From Spirochaetota bacterium (GTDB taxonomy: Bacteria; Spirochaetota; UBA4802; UBA5550), in the NCBI GenBank assembly GCA_963663865.1, contig OY760686.1:2336001-2400000 (forward strand): 64,000 nucleotides of DNA, read 5' to 3'. The notes beneath the pieces are model-generated. The model did no database searches. It was not told the origin of the DNA and saw only the letters and a program-made list of their open reading frames with translations. Shown piece by piece: positions 35,773 to 44,832 of this stretch (positions within the stretch are counted from its first letter, which is position 1; each line of letters opens with the position of its first letter). Made by a program: the position numbers and the translations under genes.

Positions 35773-35979
35773 TTAGTGCTCGCCGTTGAGCTCTGCTATC
35801 ATCTTGTTCAGTGTGGCCTCATCAAGCCCGTGAGCCATTACTCCCTGCTCAATTGTTTCAACAGTGCTGATGTGGCAGCCGATGCAGTGAAGACCATATC
35901 GAGCAAGTATGGCTCCAGCCTCCGGATTGTTCTTGATAAGTTCACCGAAAGTCATATCCTTATGTACCCTGACTGGCAT
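35773..35979 (-). CDS. DUF1858 / hybrid-cluster-associated redox disulfide domain protein
   Basis: KDMTFGELI...YGLHCIGC...ETIEQGVMAHG. Confidence 0.88.
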   Translation of the reverse strand: MPVRVHKDMTFGELIKNNPEAGAILARYGLHCIGCHISTVETIEQGVMAHGLDEATLNKMIAELNGEH

Positions 35980-36049
35980 AAGCGTCCCCCTCTATTATGG
36001 ATGCCTAAGAAAACTATGCTTTGTTCCGTTCTTCAATGTAATGTTTCGG

Positions 36050-37000
36050 AATCCCGGCAGGCCGCCGGAAATTGAGCTTCTTTCTTCGGCTGTAAATATT
36101 TCTGAACATTAGATCACAGTGTCTGTATTTGTCTATTATTTTTCTTTGTTGCATTGTTGTTGTGCATGTGGACTGCTATTCTTTTTACGCTGGGAGCGCG
36201 GCACTGGGTTTAATCGGGACGGTCTCGACCGTCCCCTACCACTGTTTTCTGTGCAGAGCGAACGGGCATTTTTGCCAGGGAGCCTGCCGTCTATTTCACA
36301 CTGAGAGTGTGAGACCTTTTTCGTTACTTTCTTTTTTCGATCCAAAAAAGAAAGTAACCAAAGAAAAAGGGATATCCTGCGCGGAGGGCGATGGGACATC
36401 CATGTCCAAAGAATTAGTCACTCAGAAATATTATATTGAGAGATTGCTTTTTTTAGTCAGGCTCCTTCGGAGCCGGAAAGCGCAGCGTCCTGCTGCGCTT
36501 GAGTAAGTAATCCTATGATTACACAAAGTAACTGATTCTTTAATTCCGCCATTATGTTTGCCGACGGCTATTTCGACCTCCTGTCGGCCGTCGGCACTGT
36601 GACATCGTGTCAGGCGCGCAGACTCATCACAGTCGGCCGCGGAAAAAGGCGCTGCGTTTGTTTGAGTCTGCGAGGCAGACGAGTTACGCAGCGACCCGCG
36701 GATGACAAGATGAGGAGGGAAGCCGAAGGCCGGAACATTGGCGGCAGATTTCTTTTGACCACTTTTCTTTATAAAAGAAAAGTGGTGAGAAAATTGACGA
36801 CAAGCCCCGCGTGTAAATGTGAGTACGCTCCGTACAAAGGAAAGCATTGATGTTGCGAAAAGAAACGCTTCGCAGAGGAGTCTTTTGACTCCTTTTCTTA
36901 TAAAAGAAAAGGAGTGAGAAAGGTGACCTCGCGCCTCGCGCGTGAAATGAGGTGCGCTCCGCACAAGCAGAGGTATCCAGGCAATGGGCATAAAAATGAT
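36050..37000. repeat. Non-coding cluster of REP/MITE-like palindromes
   Basis: GTAG-type REP on the minus strand at 36216-36239; A/T-tract hairpins at 36323-36358, 36758-36786 and 36888-36915; imperfect direct repeat of about 85 bp starting at 36751 and 36881. Confidence 0.7.
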
Positions 37001-37109
37001 AACGTATGCTTCCATTCCATTAAAATTTTTATTATTTTATGTCATGTCGTATGATATGATTACCGATACTTACTCATAGGGATTACTATTTTTTAAAAAA
37101 GCAGGCATA

Positions 37110-39134
37110 ATGTTAACTTTACTGACCGTATTGAGCCTGGGAATCGCCGGTGTTGTGGCCTGGGCGCTAACCGGCAACGATAAAAACAAAGAATCTGCTC
37201 CTCAGCAGCCTGCTGAAGCCGAGCCGGAAAAGCTGTACCGTAAAAGAGCCACCGACAGGGAGATTGAGGAATCTTTTCCGGACGAACAGCCTGCTCACAG
37301 GAGAAAGAGCGACCAGCACGCGTCCCCTTTCATCCGCCCGGATGGCAGCTTCCGTCTTCCCTACTACGCCGACGATATTATTCCTTCAACTTCACAGCTG
37401 AGGGTTTACAGGCGGACACTTTTAAACTGCGAGGTTTACGCTGAAAAGGGCGATTTTACGACAGCCATCTCACTCTACGAGGGAGTGAAGGCGCGTACCA
37501 GAAACAGCGATATCCGCCGAAAAATTGACGCCGATATAGAGTATCTAAAAAACTTCAGAATCGAAAAAGAAGAAGAGATTCGGAAACAGAAGAGCCATGG
37601 ACACCTGCCCTTCTCCGATGACAGAAAGGAGATAAAGTTCACCCTTGACATTCCCCCGACGATCAACATAGGTGTTCCTGAAGATTCAGCCGCGAAATCG
37701 GAGAAGCTTGCGGCTGAAATAGCCGAAAGGATACGCAAGGAGATTTCTGAATCACAAAAACAGGAGATTGACTCCCTGAAAACCGTCATCTCTGGTCTGC
37801 GGGAAGAAAACGCAAGGAAGATTGACGAGCTGAGAGATCAGCTCAGCGGCATGCCTGAATCATCATCCGATGAAGACAAAGCCATTGAGGAGTTTGAACA
37901 GCTCAGAACTCAGCTCTCTGAACTTTCTGAACGCCTTGAACAGAGCCTTCCCGCCGAAAAATTTGACGAAGAAGAGATTATGGTGCCCTCTCTCACAGAA
38001 GTCAAAGACAGCAGACCAGCGTTAAAGCTGGACGAGTCTGAAGATAACTTCCTGGATGACGATAATGAATCTGCCCTCTTTCCAGAGGATATCAGTGACG
38101 AATCAGATGATGCATACCGCTCCGAGGATTATTCCGCTGAAGAAGGGTCGCCCTCAGAACATGAGACAGAGACTTCAGACACCGGCCTGCTTGAAGAAGC
38201 CTCTTCAATAGAAGAGGAGTTCATTCTTTCGCCAGAGGAAAAAGAAGAGGCTGCCGGAACAGCTCCTGAATCAGCGCCCGAATCAGTATTAACCGAAGAC
38301 ACAGAAAATGAAGCATCCGGAATAGATGAGACGCTTGAGTATAATGAGCCTGAAGAAGACATAGCCCCTCTTAAGGCCGATATCCCCCCCTCAGATAACA
38401 GCGGCGAACCAGAAAAACCCGAACTTATAAAGGACCTGGTTCACCCCGAAGAAAATGACACTTTAACTGATGAAGAAATCTTTGAAAAGATTATTGAGGA
38501 TGATGCTTCAGAAAGCAGCACAGCCGATTTGCCTGAAAGCGGAAAAGAAGAATACAACGATACCGCACCCGACGGCCCCCCTCCCGGCACAGAGAGTTCT
38601 GAAGAAGACGACGAATTTGAACTCCTGAAAAACATCATAAAACCGGAAGAGAATGACACCCTCAGCGACGAAGAGATATTTGAAAAGATTATCCATGATG
38701 AGCCCGCGGGCGAAACAGAGAACAACTTTGAAATTCTTGGCGACCGCCGAAACGATGAGAGCGAGTTCGACGTATTCGACAAAGAGGCTGAACGCAAAAG
38801 GCGCGAGGAGGAATCGTTCTACAAAAATCTTCTGACCGCAGAGAAGCGGTACAAGCGAGAGCTGCCTATTCTCAAAGTCAGCTATGACTTTAAAAAACTT
38901 CCCAGGGAGATGAGCCTCTCGCGCGAGAAGAACCTGATAGAGTACTCATTCTACAAGTACCGCCCAATGCTTGAGAAGGCGCAGGAGTACATTGACAAGA
39001 GACAGGTAAGAAACGCTCTAAACTATTACAAAGTTGTTATGGGGCAGAATATACCCCCTGAATTCAAGGCCATGATTAAGAGAAACATAAACGACCTCAC
39101 AGAATACCTTGAGAAGTATTTGACAGGCGACTGA
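37110..39134 (+). CDS. Membrane-anchored hypothetical protein with coiled coil, long acidic disordered region and helical C-terminal domain
   Basis: N-terminal TM; E/D-rich middle; duplicated PEENDTL(T/S)DEEIFEKII motif. Confidence 0.8.
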   Translation: MLTLLTVLSLGIAGVVAWALTGNDKNKESAPQQPAEAEPEKLYRKRATDREIEESFPDEQPAHRRKSDQHASPFIRPDGSFRLPYYADDIIPSTSQLRVYRRTLLNCEVYAEKGDFTTAISLYEGVKARTRNSDIRRKIDADIEYLKNFRIEKEEEIRKQKSHGHLPFSDDRKEIKFTLDIPPTINIGVPEDSAAKSEKLAAEIAERIRKEISESQKQEIDSLKTVISGLREENARKIDELRDQLSGMPESSSDEDKAIEEFEQLRTQLSELSERLEQSLPAEKFDEEEIMVPSLTEVKDSRPALKLDESEDNFLDDDNESALFPEDISDESDDAYRSEDYSAEEGSPSEHETETSDTGLLEEASSIEEEFILSPEEKEEAAGTAPESAPESVLTEDTENEASGIDETLEYNEPEEDIAPLKADIPPSDNSGEPEKPELIKDLVHPEENDTLTDEEIFEKIIEDDASESSTADLPESGKEEYNDTAPDGPPPGTESSEEDDEFELLKNIIKPEENDTLSDEEIFEKIIHDEPAGETENNFEILGDRRNDESEFDVFDKEAERKRREEESFYKNLLTAEKRYKRELPILKVSYDFKKLPREMSLSREKNLIEYSFYKYRPMLEKAQEYIDKRQVRNALNYYKVVMGQNIPPEFKAMIKRNINDLTEYLEKYLTGD

Positions 39135-40510
39135 TGACCCGGCGGATTGTTTCAAACCAAAAACAAGTGCGGAGAGATTCGATGCTAAAAATGAGCCTTA
39201 TGCTTCCCGTCTTTCTAACCGTTATCCCCGCTGCGATCTCGGCTTCTCCGCTCACCTATTCCGATATAAGGGCAGTAAGCGGATCGGGACCGCTCGACGC
39301 GCTGAGAAACCCCGCCCTCATGGCCGCCCTTCCTGAAGGCGACAGGGCCGGAATGAATCTATCCTTTTCACCTGCTCGAATTAACTACAGGCAGAGCTAT
39401 GAACCCTTCATTGAAGCCGAATTCCCCGACCTGACAATGTCTGTGAGAGGCTCTCAGGACGAGAAGGTTATGAACGACGGCAGCTTCTCCGGTACAGTCG
39501 GATATGCTCACACTGGCAGCCTGCTTTCAGCCGGATTCGCGCTCAAGCAGGACATCAGCTCTTCGAGTTTCAGAGACATTCTTAACATTGACCAGAGCGT
39601 TGTATATGCAGACGCCCTGAACCGTTCGCTCAGGGGAAAATCAGAATCGTACAGTATTACAGCCTCACCCGCCCTGTCGATTAAGACAGCCGCTGGTATT
39701 ACTGCCGGACTCTCTGTCATTTACACAGCCGGTTTCGATGAACTCTACAGGTCCGAACACACAAACATCGGCCAGTCCGGATCACTGCGTGAGGACTCCC
39801 TTCACAGTGTTTCTGCCCTGGCAGGGCTCAGCCTTAAGCTGGGACGGCACGAAGCAGGCCTAACCTTCAATTCAGGCGAATACAGCTTCAGCAAATCATC
39901 ATATTCAGGAAATTTCACAGACCGCACCGGCGTCTCTCAAAGTCTGGAGGTTTCAGACTCATTCAACGGCAGCTTCGTCGGCAATCCTGGAGTTACAGCC
40001 GCCTACATGATAAGCTTTTCCGGCGGGACTTCAGCGGCAATTCAGGCTTCATTTTTCAGCGGCTTCGACCGGGAAGAATCAGACCTGAGGCTCTTATCCG
40101 AAGCCTACACGGAGGTAAGACAGAAGACTGAGAACAGCCTGTCCGCCCCCGTTTCACTGGCAGCCGAATTCACTGTTTCACGCGGCCTGCTTCTCGGGTT
40201 TTGCGCTTCATTCAGCTTTACCAGAGTAAAGACAACCGGCGAGTATAATTACGCCTCAACCTGGCGCTATTCCCTGACCGATGACACAGTTCTCAAGGGA
40301 GCGGCCTCGGCCGGGCTTTCCTTTGTTCTTCAGGGAGGCTCGGAATTCACTTTGCTTATGTCAGCTGATATTATCGACACACGTTCAGAAATATCGGCCC
40401 AGGAAACAGCGGCGCTTGATTATACAAATTACAGCAGTATCACCGATACCTCGGCAAGATACATCTCAACCGGGTTTACGCTGCAGGCTGCGTACACCGC
40501 ACCCTTCTGA
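39134..40510 (+). CDS. Putative outer-membrane beta-barrel (FadL-like); start possibly 39182
   Basis: Signal peptide; NPALM motif; alternating strands; C-terminal Phe. Confidence 0.6.
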   Translation: MTRRIVSNQKQVRRDSMLKMSLMLPVFLTVIPAAISASPLTYSDIRAVSGSGPLDALRNPALMAALPEGDRAGMNLSFSPARINYRQSYEPFIEAEFPDLTMSVRGSQDEKVMNDGSFSGTVGYAHTGSLLSAGFALKQDISSSSFRDILNIDQSVVYADALNRSLRGKSESYSITASPALSIKTAAGITAGLSVIYTAGFDELYRSEHTNIGQSGSLREDSLHSVSALAGLSLKLGRHEAGLTFNSGEYSFSKSSYSGNFTDRTGVSQSLEVSDSFNGSFVGNPGVTAAYMISFSGGTSAAIQASFFSGFDREESDLRLLSEAYTEVRQKTENSLSAPVSLAAEFTVSRGLLLGFCASFSFTRVKTTGEYNYASTWRYSLTDDTVLKGAASAGLSFVLQGGSEFTLLMSADIIDTRSEISAQETAALDYTNYSSITDTSARYISTGFTLQAAYTAPF

Positions 40511-40623
40511 AGCGCGAAGATATCTAAAATCGTCTTGACTTCCTGAAGTGCTTCAACAGTATTATATTAATAATTCTTTTGCGGCTCTCACCCGCGCGTC
40601 CCTTTTCAGGAGGTTTTCTGCGA

Positions 40624-42882
40624 ATGCCCGTCGACCACATAAAAATGCTCTGCGACATAAGCGACCTCAACAGCCTCCTCAGTGAAAAGACCTTCACTGA
40701 CTGCCTTCAAAAGGCCGTAGAGATGGTGTCCAGCCATATGAAAGCGGACATCTGCTCCATTTACCTCTACGACGAAGCCTACAACGTATTAACACTCAAG
40801 GCCACAAAGGGACTGAGCACGGACTCTGTGAACAGGATCAAGCTCAAACCCGGCGAAGGGATTGCCGGAACAGCACTGGTTGAGATGCGGTCTATCGCTG
40901 AAGTAAATGCCCGCACAAATCCCAGCTTCAAATCATACCCCGATTCAGGAGAGGCCGGTTTTGACGCGTACCTGGCGGTTCCGATTCTCCGCGGGCGTTT
41001 TAAAATCGGAGTGCTTGTCGTTCAACGCGATTCCAGCAGACCCTTCGTGGAACACGACATAATGGCGCTGCAGGCAACAGCCTCGCAGCTCGCGGCCATG
41101 CTCGAGCACATTAATCTTCTCATGATAACGGACACGGCTTCATCAAAAAGGCACGGAGCGTCCAGGTCAGGGACTTCGTCTTACAGGTTCGTCAAAGCCA
41201 AGTCTGCCTCTGAAGGCATCAAGTTTGCCCCGGCAGTCATCAAAAACGGCGTCAGAAGGCACGGTCCGGCTCTATTTAAAGGCTCGGGTTCCAGGCACAC
41301 GCTTGAAGAATTTGAAAACGCGGCCAGATCAACCGAAAGTCAGCTTGAGGATCTGCAAAAAAAGGTTGAGGAGAAGCTTTCAGACGCTGCCTCTCTCATT
41401 TTTGCTTCACACATACTCATGCTAAAAGACGAGGCTTTTCTCGGAGGAATGCGCCGCCTCATTGAAGGCGGTACGGAACCTGTTAAGGCAGTTATCGCTG
41501 TTTTTGAAAAATACAAGCGCATATTCTCACAGAGTCCCAATCACCTCATACGCGAAAAGGTACAGGACATTGAGGATCTGACCGTAAGGCTTCTCGACAA
41601 TCTGACCCAGTCCGAAACGGAAGAAACTGCCTATGAAGGCAAAATTGTCATAGCTTCCGAGCTGTTTCCCTCAGACCTGCTCAAGCTCTCCGCTGAAGGT
41701 ATAGCCGGGGCTGTCCTGGTGAGCGGAGGCGTAACCTCTCATGTGGGCATTCTCGCCCGCTCGCTCCGTCTGCCGCTCGTGATAGTTGATGAACCTGACC
41801 TCATGAACCTTCCGGGCGACACCCCGATCCTGCTTGACGCTGATATGGGCAACATCTACCTGAATCCCGGAGTGGACATTCTCGACCGATTCAGTGGAAG
41901 GTTGAAAGAAAAGACAGGAGCGGATTCTGCAATAGACATTATCCCCGGTTCCTGCTTTACCGCTGACGGCACAAGGGTTTACATAAGGCTGAATATCAAC
42001 CTCCTGTCAGACCTCAGTCAGCTGAATATTGATGATTTTGACGGCGTCGGGCTCTACCGGACCGAGTTCCCGTTTATGATTCGCAACGGCTTCCCCTCTG
42101 AGGAGGAGCAGTTCTTCATCTACAAAAAGCTCATCGACGGACTTGATGGAAGACCGGCTACAATCCGCACGCTGGACATAGGCGGAGACAAGGTACTCTC
42201 CTACTACGATCTCCAGAAAGAGGATAATCCCTTCCTTGGCATGAGATCAGTAAGATTTTCTCTTGCACATATCGACATATTCAAGCAGCAGATCAGGGCA
42301 ATTCTAAGAGCAGGCCACGGCTCCGACCTGAGGATAATGTTCCCGATGATTTCATCGCTCGACGAATACCTCAGAGCGCGCAACGTAGTTGAAAGCTGCA
42401 TGGATGAGCTTTCCGCGAACTCATACCAGTTCAACACCTCTCCCAAAATAGGCATGATGATTGAGATTCCTTCACTCATCGGGATTATCGACGAAATGGC
42501 TGCTGAAACAGACTTCATGTCGATAGGCACAAACGACCTGATTCAGTACACAATAGCCGTAGACAGAACCAACGAAAAGGTCTCGGATATGTATCTCCCG
42601 CATCATCCTTCAATACTTCGTTCCATAGCCCGCATATCCGAGGCATGCAGCAGAGCCGGAATAGAGGTGTCTGTATGCGGAGATATGGCAAACCGTGAGA
42701 AATACATTCCCTTTCTCCTTGGCGTGGGGATAAGCTCGCTCAGCATGGATGCTGTCTATATTCCGAGAATAAAAAAAGAAGTAGGCACGCTTTCCATGAA
42801 AGAATGCGCCAGAATTGCCGAAAGACTCCTGTCGACCGGCAGAATATCTGAAATTGAGAGCATCTTAAACGGAACGGTTTAA
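40624..42882 (+). CDS. ptsP: PEP-protein phosphotransferase EI-Ntr with N-terminal GAF
   Basis: GAF domain; GGVTSHVGILARS phospho-His motif; GVGLYRTEF, SIGTNDLIQY; AGGAGG RBS. Confidence 0.93.
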   Translation: MPVDHIKMLCDISDLNSLLSEKTFTDCLQKAVEMVSSHMKADICSIYLYDEAYNVLTLKATKGLSTDSVNRIKLKPGEGIAGTALVEMRSIAEVNARTNPSFKSYPDSGEAGFDAYLAVPILRGRFKIGVLVVQRDSSRPFVEHDIMALQATASQLAAMLEHINLLMITDTASSKRHGASRSGTSSYRFVKAKSASEGIKFAPAVIKNGVRRHGPALFKGSGSRHTLEEFENAARSTESQLEDLQKKVEEKLSDAASLIFASHILMLKDEAFLGGMRRLIEGGTEPVKAVIAVFEKYKRIFSQSPNHLIREKVQDIEDLTVRLLDNLTQSETEETAYEGKIVIASELFPSDLLKLSAEGIAGAVLVSGGVTSHVGILARSLRLPLVIVDEPDLMNLPGDTPILLDADMGNIYLNPGVDILDRFSGRLKEKTGADSAIDIIPGSCFTADGTRVYIRLNINLLSDLSQLNIDDFDGVGLYRTEFPFMIRNGFPSEEEQFFIYKKLIDGLDGRPATIRTLDIGGDKVLSYYDLQKEDNPFLGMRSVRFSLAHIDIFKQQIRAILRAGHGSDLRIMFPMISSLDEYLRARNVVESCMDELSANSYQFNTSPKIGMMIEIPSLIGIIDEMAAETDFMSIGTNDLIQYTIAVDRTNEKVSDMYLPHHPSILRSIARISEACSRAGIEVSVCGDMANREKYIPFLLGVGISSLSMDAVYIPRIKKEVGTLSMKECARIAERLLSTGRISEIESILNGTV

Positions 42883-42909
42883 CCGCGCCATTCGCCCCCC
42901 CTTTTTACC

Positions 42910-42938
42910 TTGACCACTGTGTAACTATATGCCATAAT
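42910..42938 (+). promoter_or_regulatory. Sigma70-type promoter of the GH15-otsAB operon
   Basis: TTGACC-17 bp-CATAAT; an imperfect inverted repeat spans the -10 box. Confidence 0.55.
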
Positions 42939-43025
42939 CAGGCACATAGTTGTTACGTACATGCGTTTTGATATCCACAGGTATCAGGAAGAAACAGCTT
43001 AAAGACAACGTCACGAGGTTTGAAC

Positions 43026-44804
43026 ATGAGAAAAGACCCCAAGTACTCTATGGGGATAGTAGGGAACTGCTCTTACATCGCCTATATTGACACAAATGCA
43101 GGCGTTAGATGGATGTGTATGCCCCGTTTTGATTCCAGTTTTGTATTCGGTTCACTTTTGGACAAGGAAAAGGGTGGAGAATTCAGCGTGAGGCCCGCGG
43201 GCAAGGGTTACACCTCGACACAGAGATATATGCCCAACACGAATATTCTGATAACCGAGTTTAAAACAAACGACGGACGTTTCAGGGTAATTGACTGTGC
43301 TCCGCGTTTCAGACAAAACGACCGCTACTTCAAACCCCTCATGCTCTTCAGAAAGATAGAGCTCCTTGAGGGCTCACCAGTCATCACTGTAAAATGCAGA
43401 CCCGTCGGAGAATACGGCTACACTGAGTCCGAAGCCGTCATGGGAAGCAACCATATACGCTACCTTAACCTTGCCGACATGGTACGACTTACCGCTAATG
43501 TCCCGCTGAACTACATAATTGAGGAAAAGCCCTTTGTCCTCAACGAAGACTCCTATCTCGCCTTCACCTATGGGCTCCCGCTTGAAGCCCCGCTTGCAGA
43601 AACCGCCGATATCTTTATTAAAAAAACCGCTGAATACTGGCGTTCATGGATAAAGTCGACCTCTATACCGGGTATCTTCCAGGAAGAGGTCATCAGATCG
43701 GCCCTCGTTCTGAAGCTTCACCAGTATGAAGACACTGGAGCAGTAATAGCAGCGGGAACGACGAGCCTTCCTGAACACGAAGGATCGGGCAGGAACTGGG
43801 ATTACCGCTATTGCTGGATGCGCGATACCTATTACACCCTGAACGCTTTCAACAACATCGGACACTTTGAAGAGCTTGAACGCTATTTTGAGTTCATCAG
43901 AAACGTCATGATGAACGAAAACGAGTACATCAGCCCGCTCTACACCGTCCTGGGAGAGAGGGTTCCTTCGGAAAAATACCTCAACCTCTATGGTTTTCAC
44001 GGCAACACGCCCGTCAGGATTGGAAACAACGCCAATGGCCAGATACAGAATGACGTATACGGACAGATTCTCGTGAGCCTGCTTCCGCTGTTTGTGGACA
44101 GAAGACTGAGCCTTCCAAGGGGAGCATCGCCCGAACCGGTCGTTTCCTGGCTTCTCGCCCGCATCGAAAAGACCATGGACTCATACGATTCCGGCCTATG
44201 GGAATTCGGCGTAACAAAGCAGCAGCACCTCTACACCTATCTATTTCACTGGGCAGGCTGCATGGCTGGAATAAGGATAGGCAACATGCTTACAGACTCA
44301 ACCATAAGCGAGAAATCAGCAGCCCTTGCTCAGAAGGCGCGCGATTACATTGAAAAATGCTACGACGAAAAAAGAGGCGTTTACACCCAGGCGGTCGGAA
44401 GCGCTCATCTCGACGCCAGCTCCCTTCAGCTTGTTACCATGAACTATCTCGACCCGTCTTCAGACAGAGCTATCGCTCACATCAATGCCCACGAGGAGGA
44501 GCTGTTCTCTGAAAGGGGGCTTTACTTCAGATATAAAAGCGACGACATCGGAAAGCAGGAGACATCATTTATAATATGCGGCTTCTGGTTCGCGGAAGCT
44601 CTCGCGGCTGCCGGAAAGCTCGAAAAATCGCACGGTGTAATCAGCGAGCTTCTAAGCTGCAGCAATCACCTGGGGCTTTTCAGCGAAGACGGGGACTCGA
44701 GCTGCGGGCAGTGGGGAAACTTTCCGCAGACATACAGTCACGTCGGGCTTGTAAATGCCGTTTACAGACTGGCGAAGAAACTCGATATGCCGATTTTCTT
44801 CTGA
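43026..44804 (+). CDS. Glycoside hydrolase family 15 (trehalase/glucoamylase-like)
   Basis: CMPRFDS, TTSLPE, RNWDYRYCWMRD, GNFPQTYSH motifs. Confidence 0.92.
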   Translation: MRKDPKYSMGIVGNCSYIAYIDTNAGVRWMCMPRFDSSFVFGSLLDKEKGGEFSVRPAGKGYTSTQRYMPNTNILITEFKTNDGRFRVIDCAPRFRQNDRYFKPLMLFRKIELLEGSPVITVKCRPVGEYGYTESEAVMGSNHIRYLNLADMVRLTANVPLNYIIEEKPFVLNEDSYLAFTYGLPLEAPLAETADIFIKKTAEYWRSWIKSTSIPGIFQEEVIRSALVLKLHQYEDTGAVIAAGTTSLPEHEGSGRNWDYRYCWMRDTYYTLNAFNNIGHFEELERYFEFIRNVMMNENEYISPLYTVLGERVPSEKYLNLYGFHGNTPVRIGNNANGQIQNDVYGQILVSLLPLFVDRRLSLPRGASPEPVVSWLLARIEKTMDSYDSGLWEFGVTKQQHLYTYLFHWAGCMAGIRIGNMLTDSTISEKSAALAQKARDYIEKCYDEKRGVYTQAVGSAHLDASSLQLVTMNYLDPSSDRAIAHINAHEEELFSERGLYFRYKSDDIGKQETSFIICGFWFAEALAAAGKLEKSHGVISELLSCSNHLGLFSEDGDSSCGQWGNFPQTYSHVGLVNAVYRLAKKLDMPIFF

Positions 44805-44832
44805 CAGTTCATGCTTTGAAAGGAGATGAGAT

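Noticed and set aside
36119-37015. ORFs 36129-36506, 36136-36399, 36431-37015 and 36554-36850 as genes
   Set aside because: They overlap palindromic repeats and have no recognisable motifs or RBS; probably spurious.
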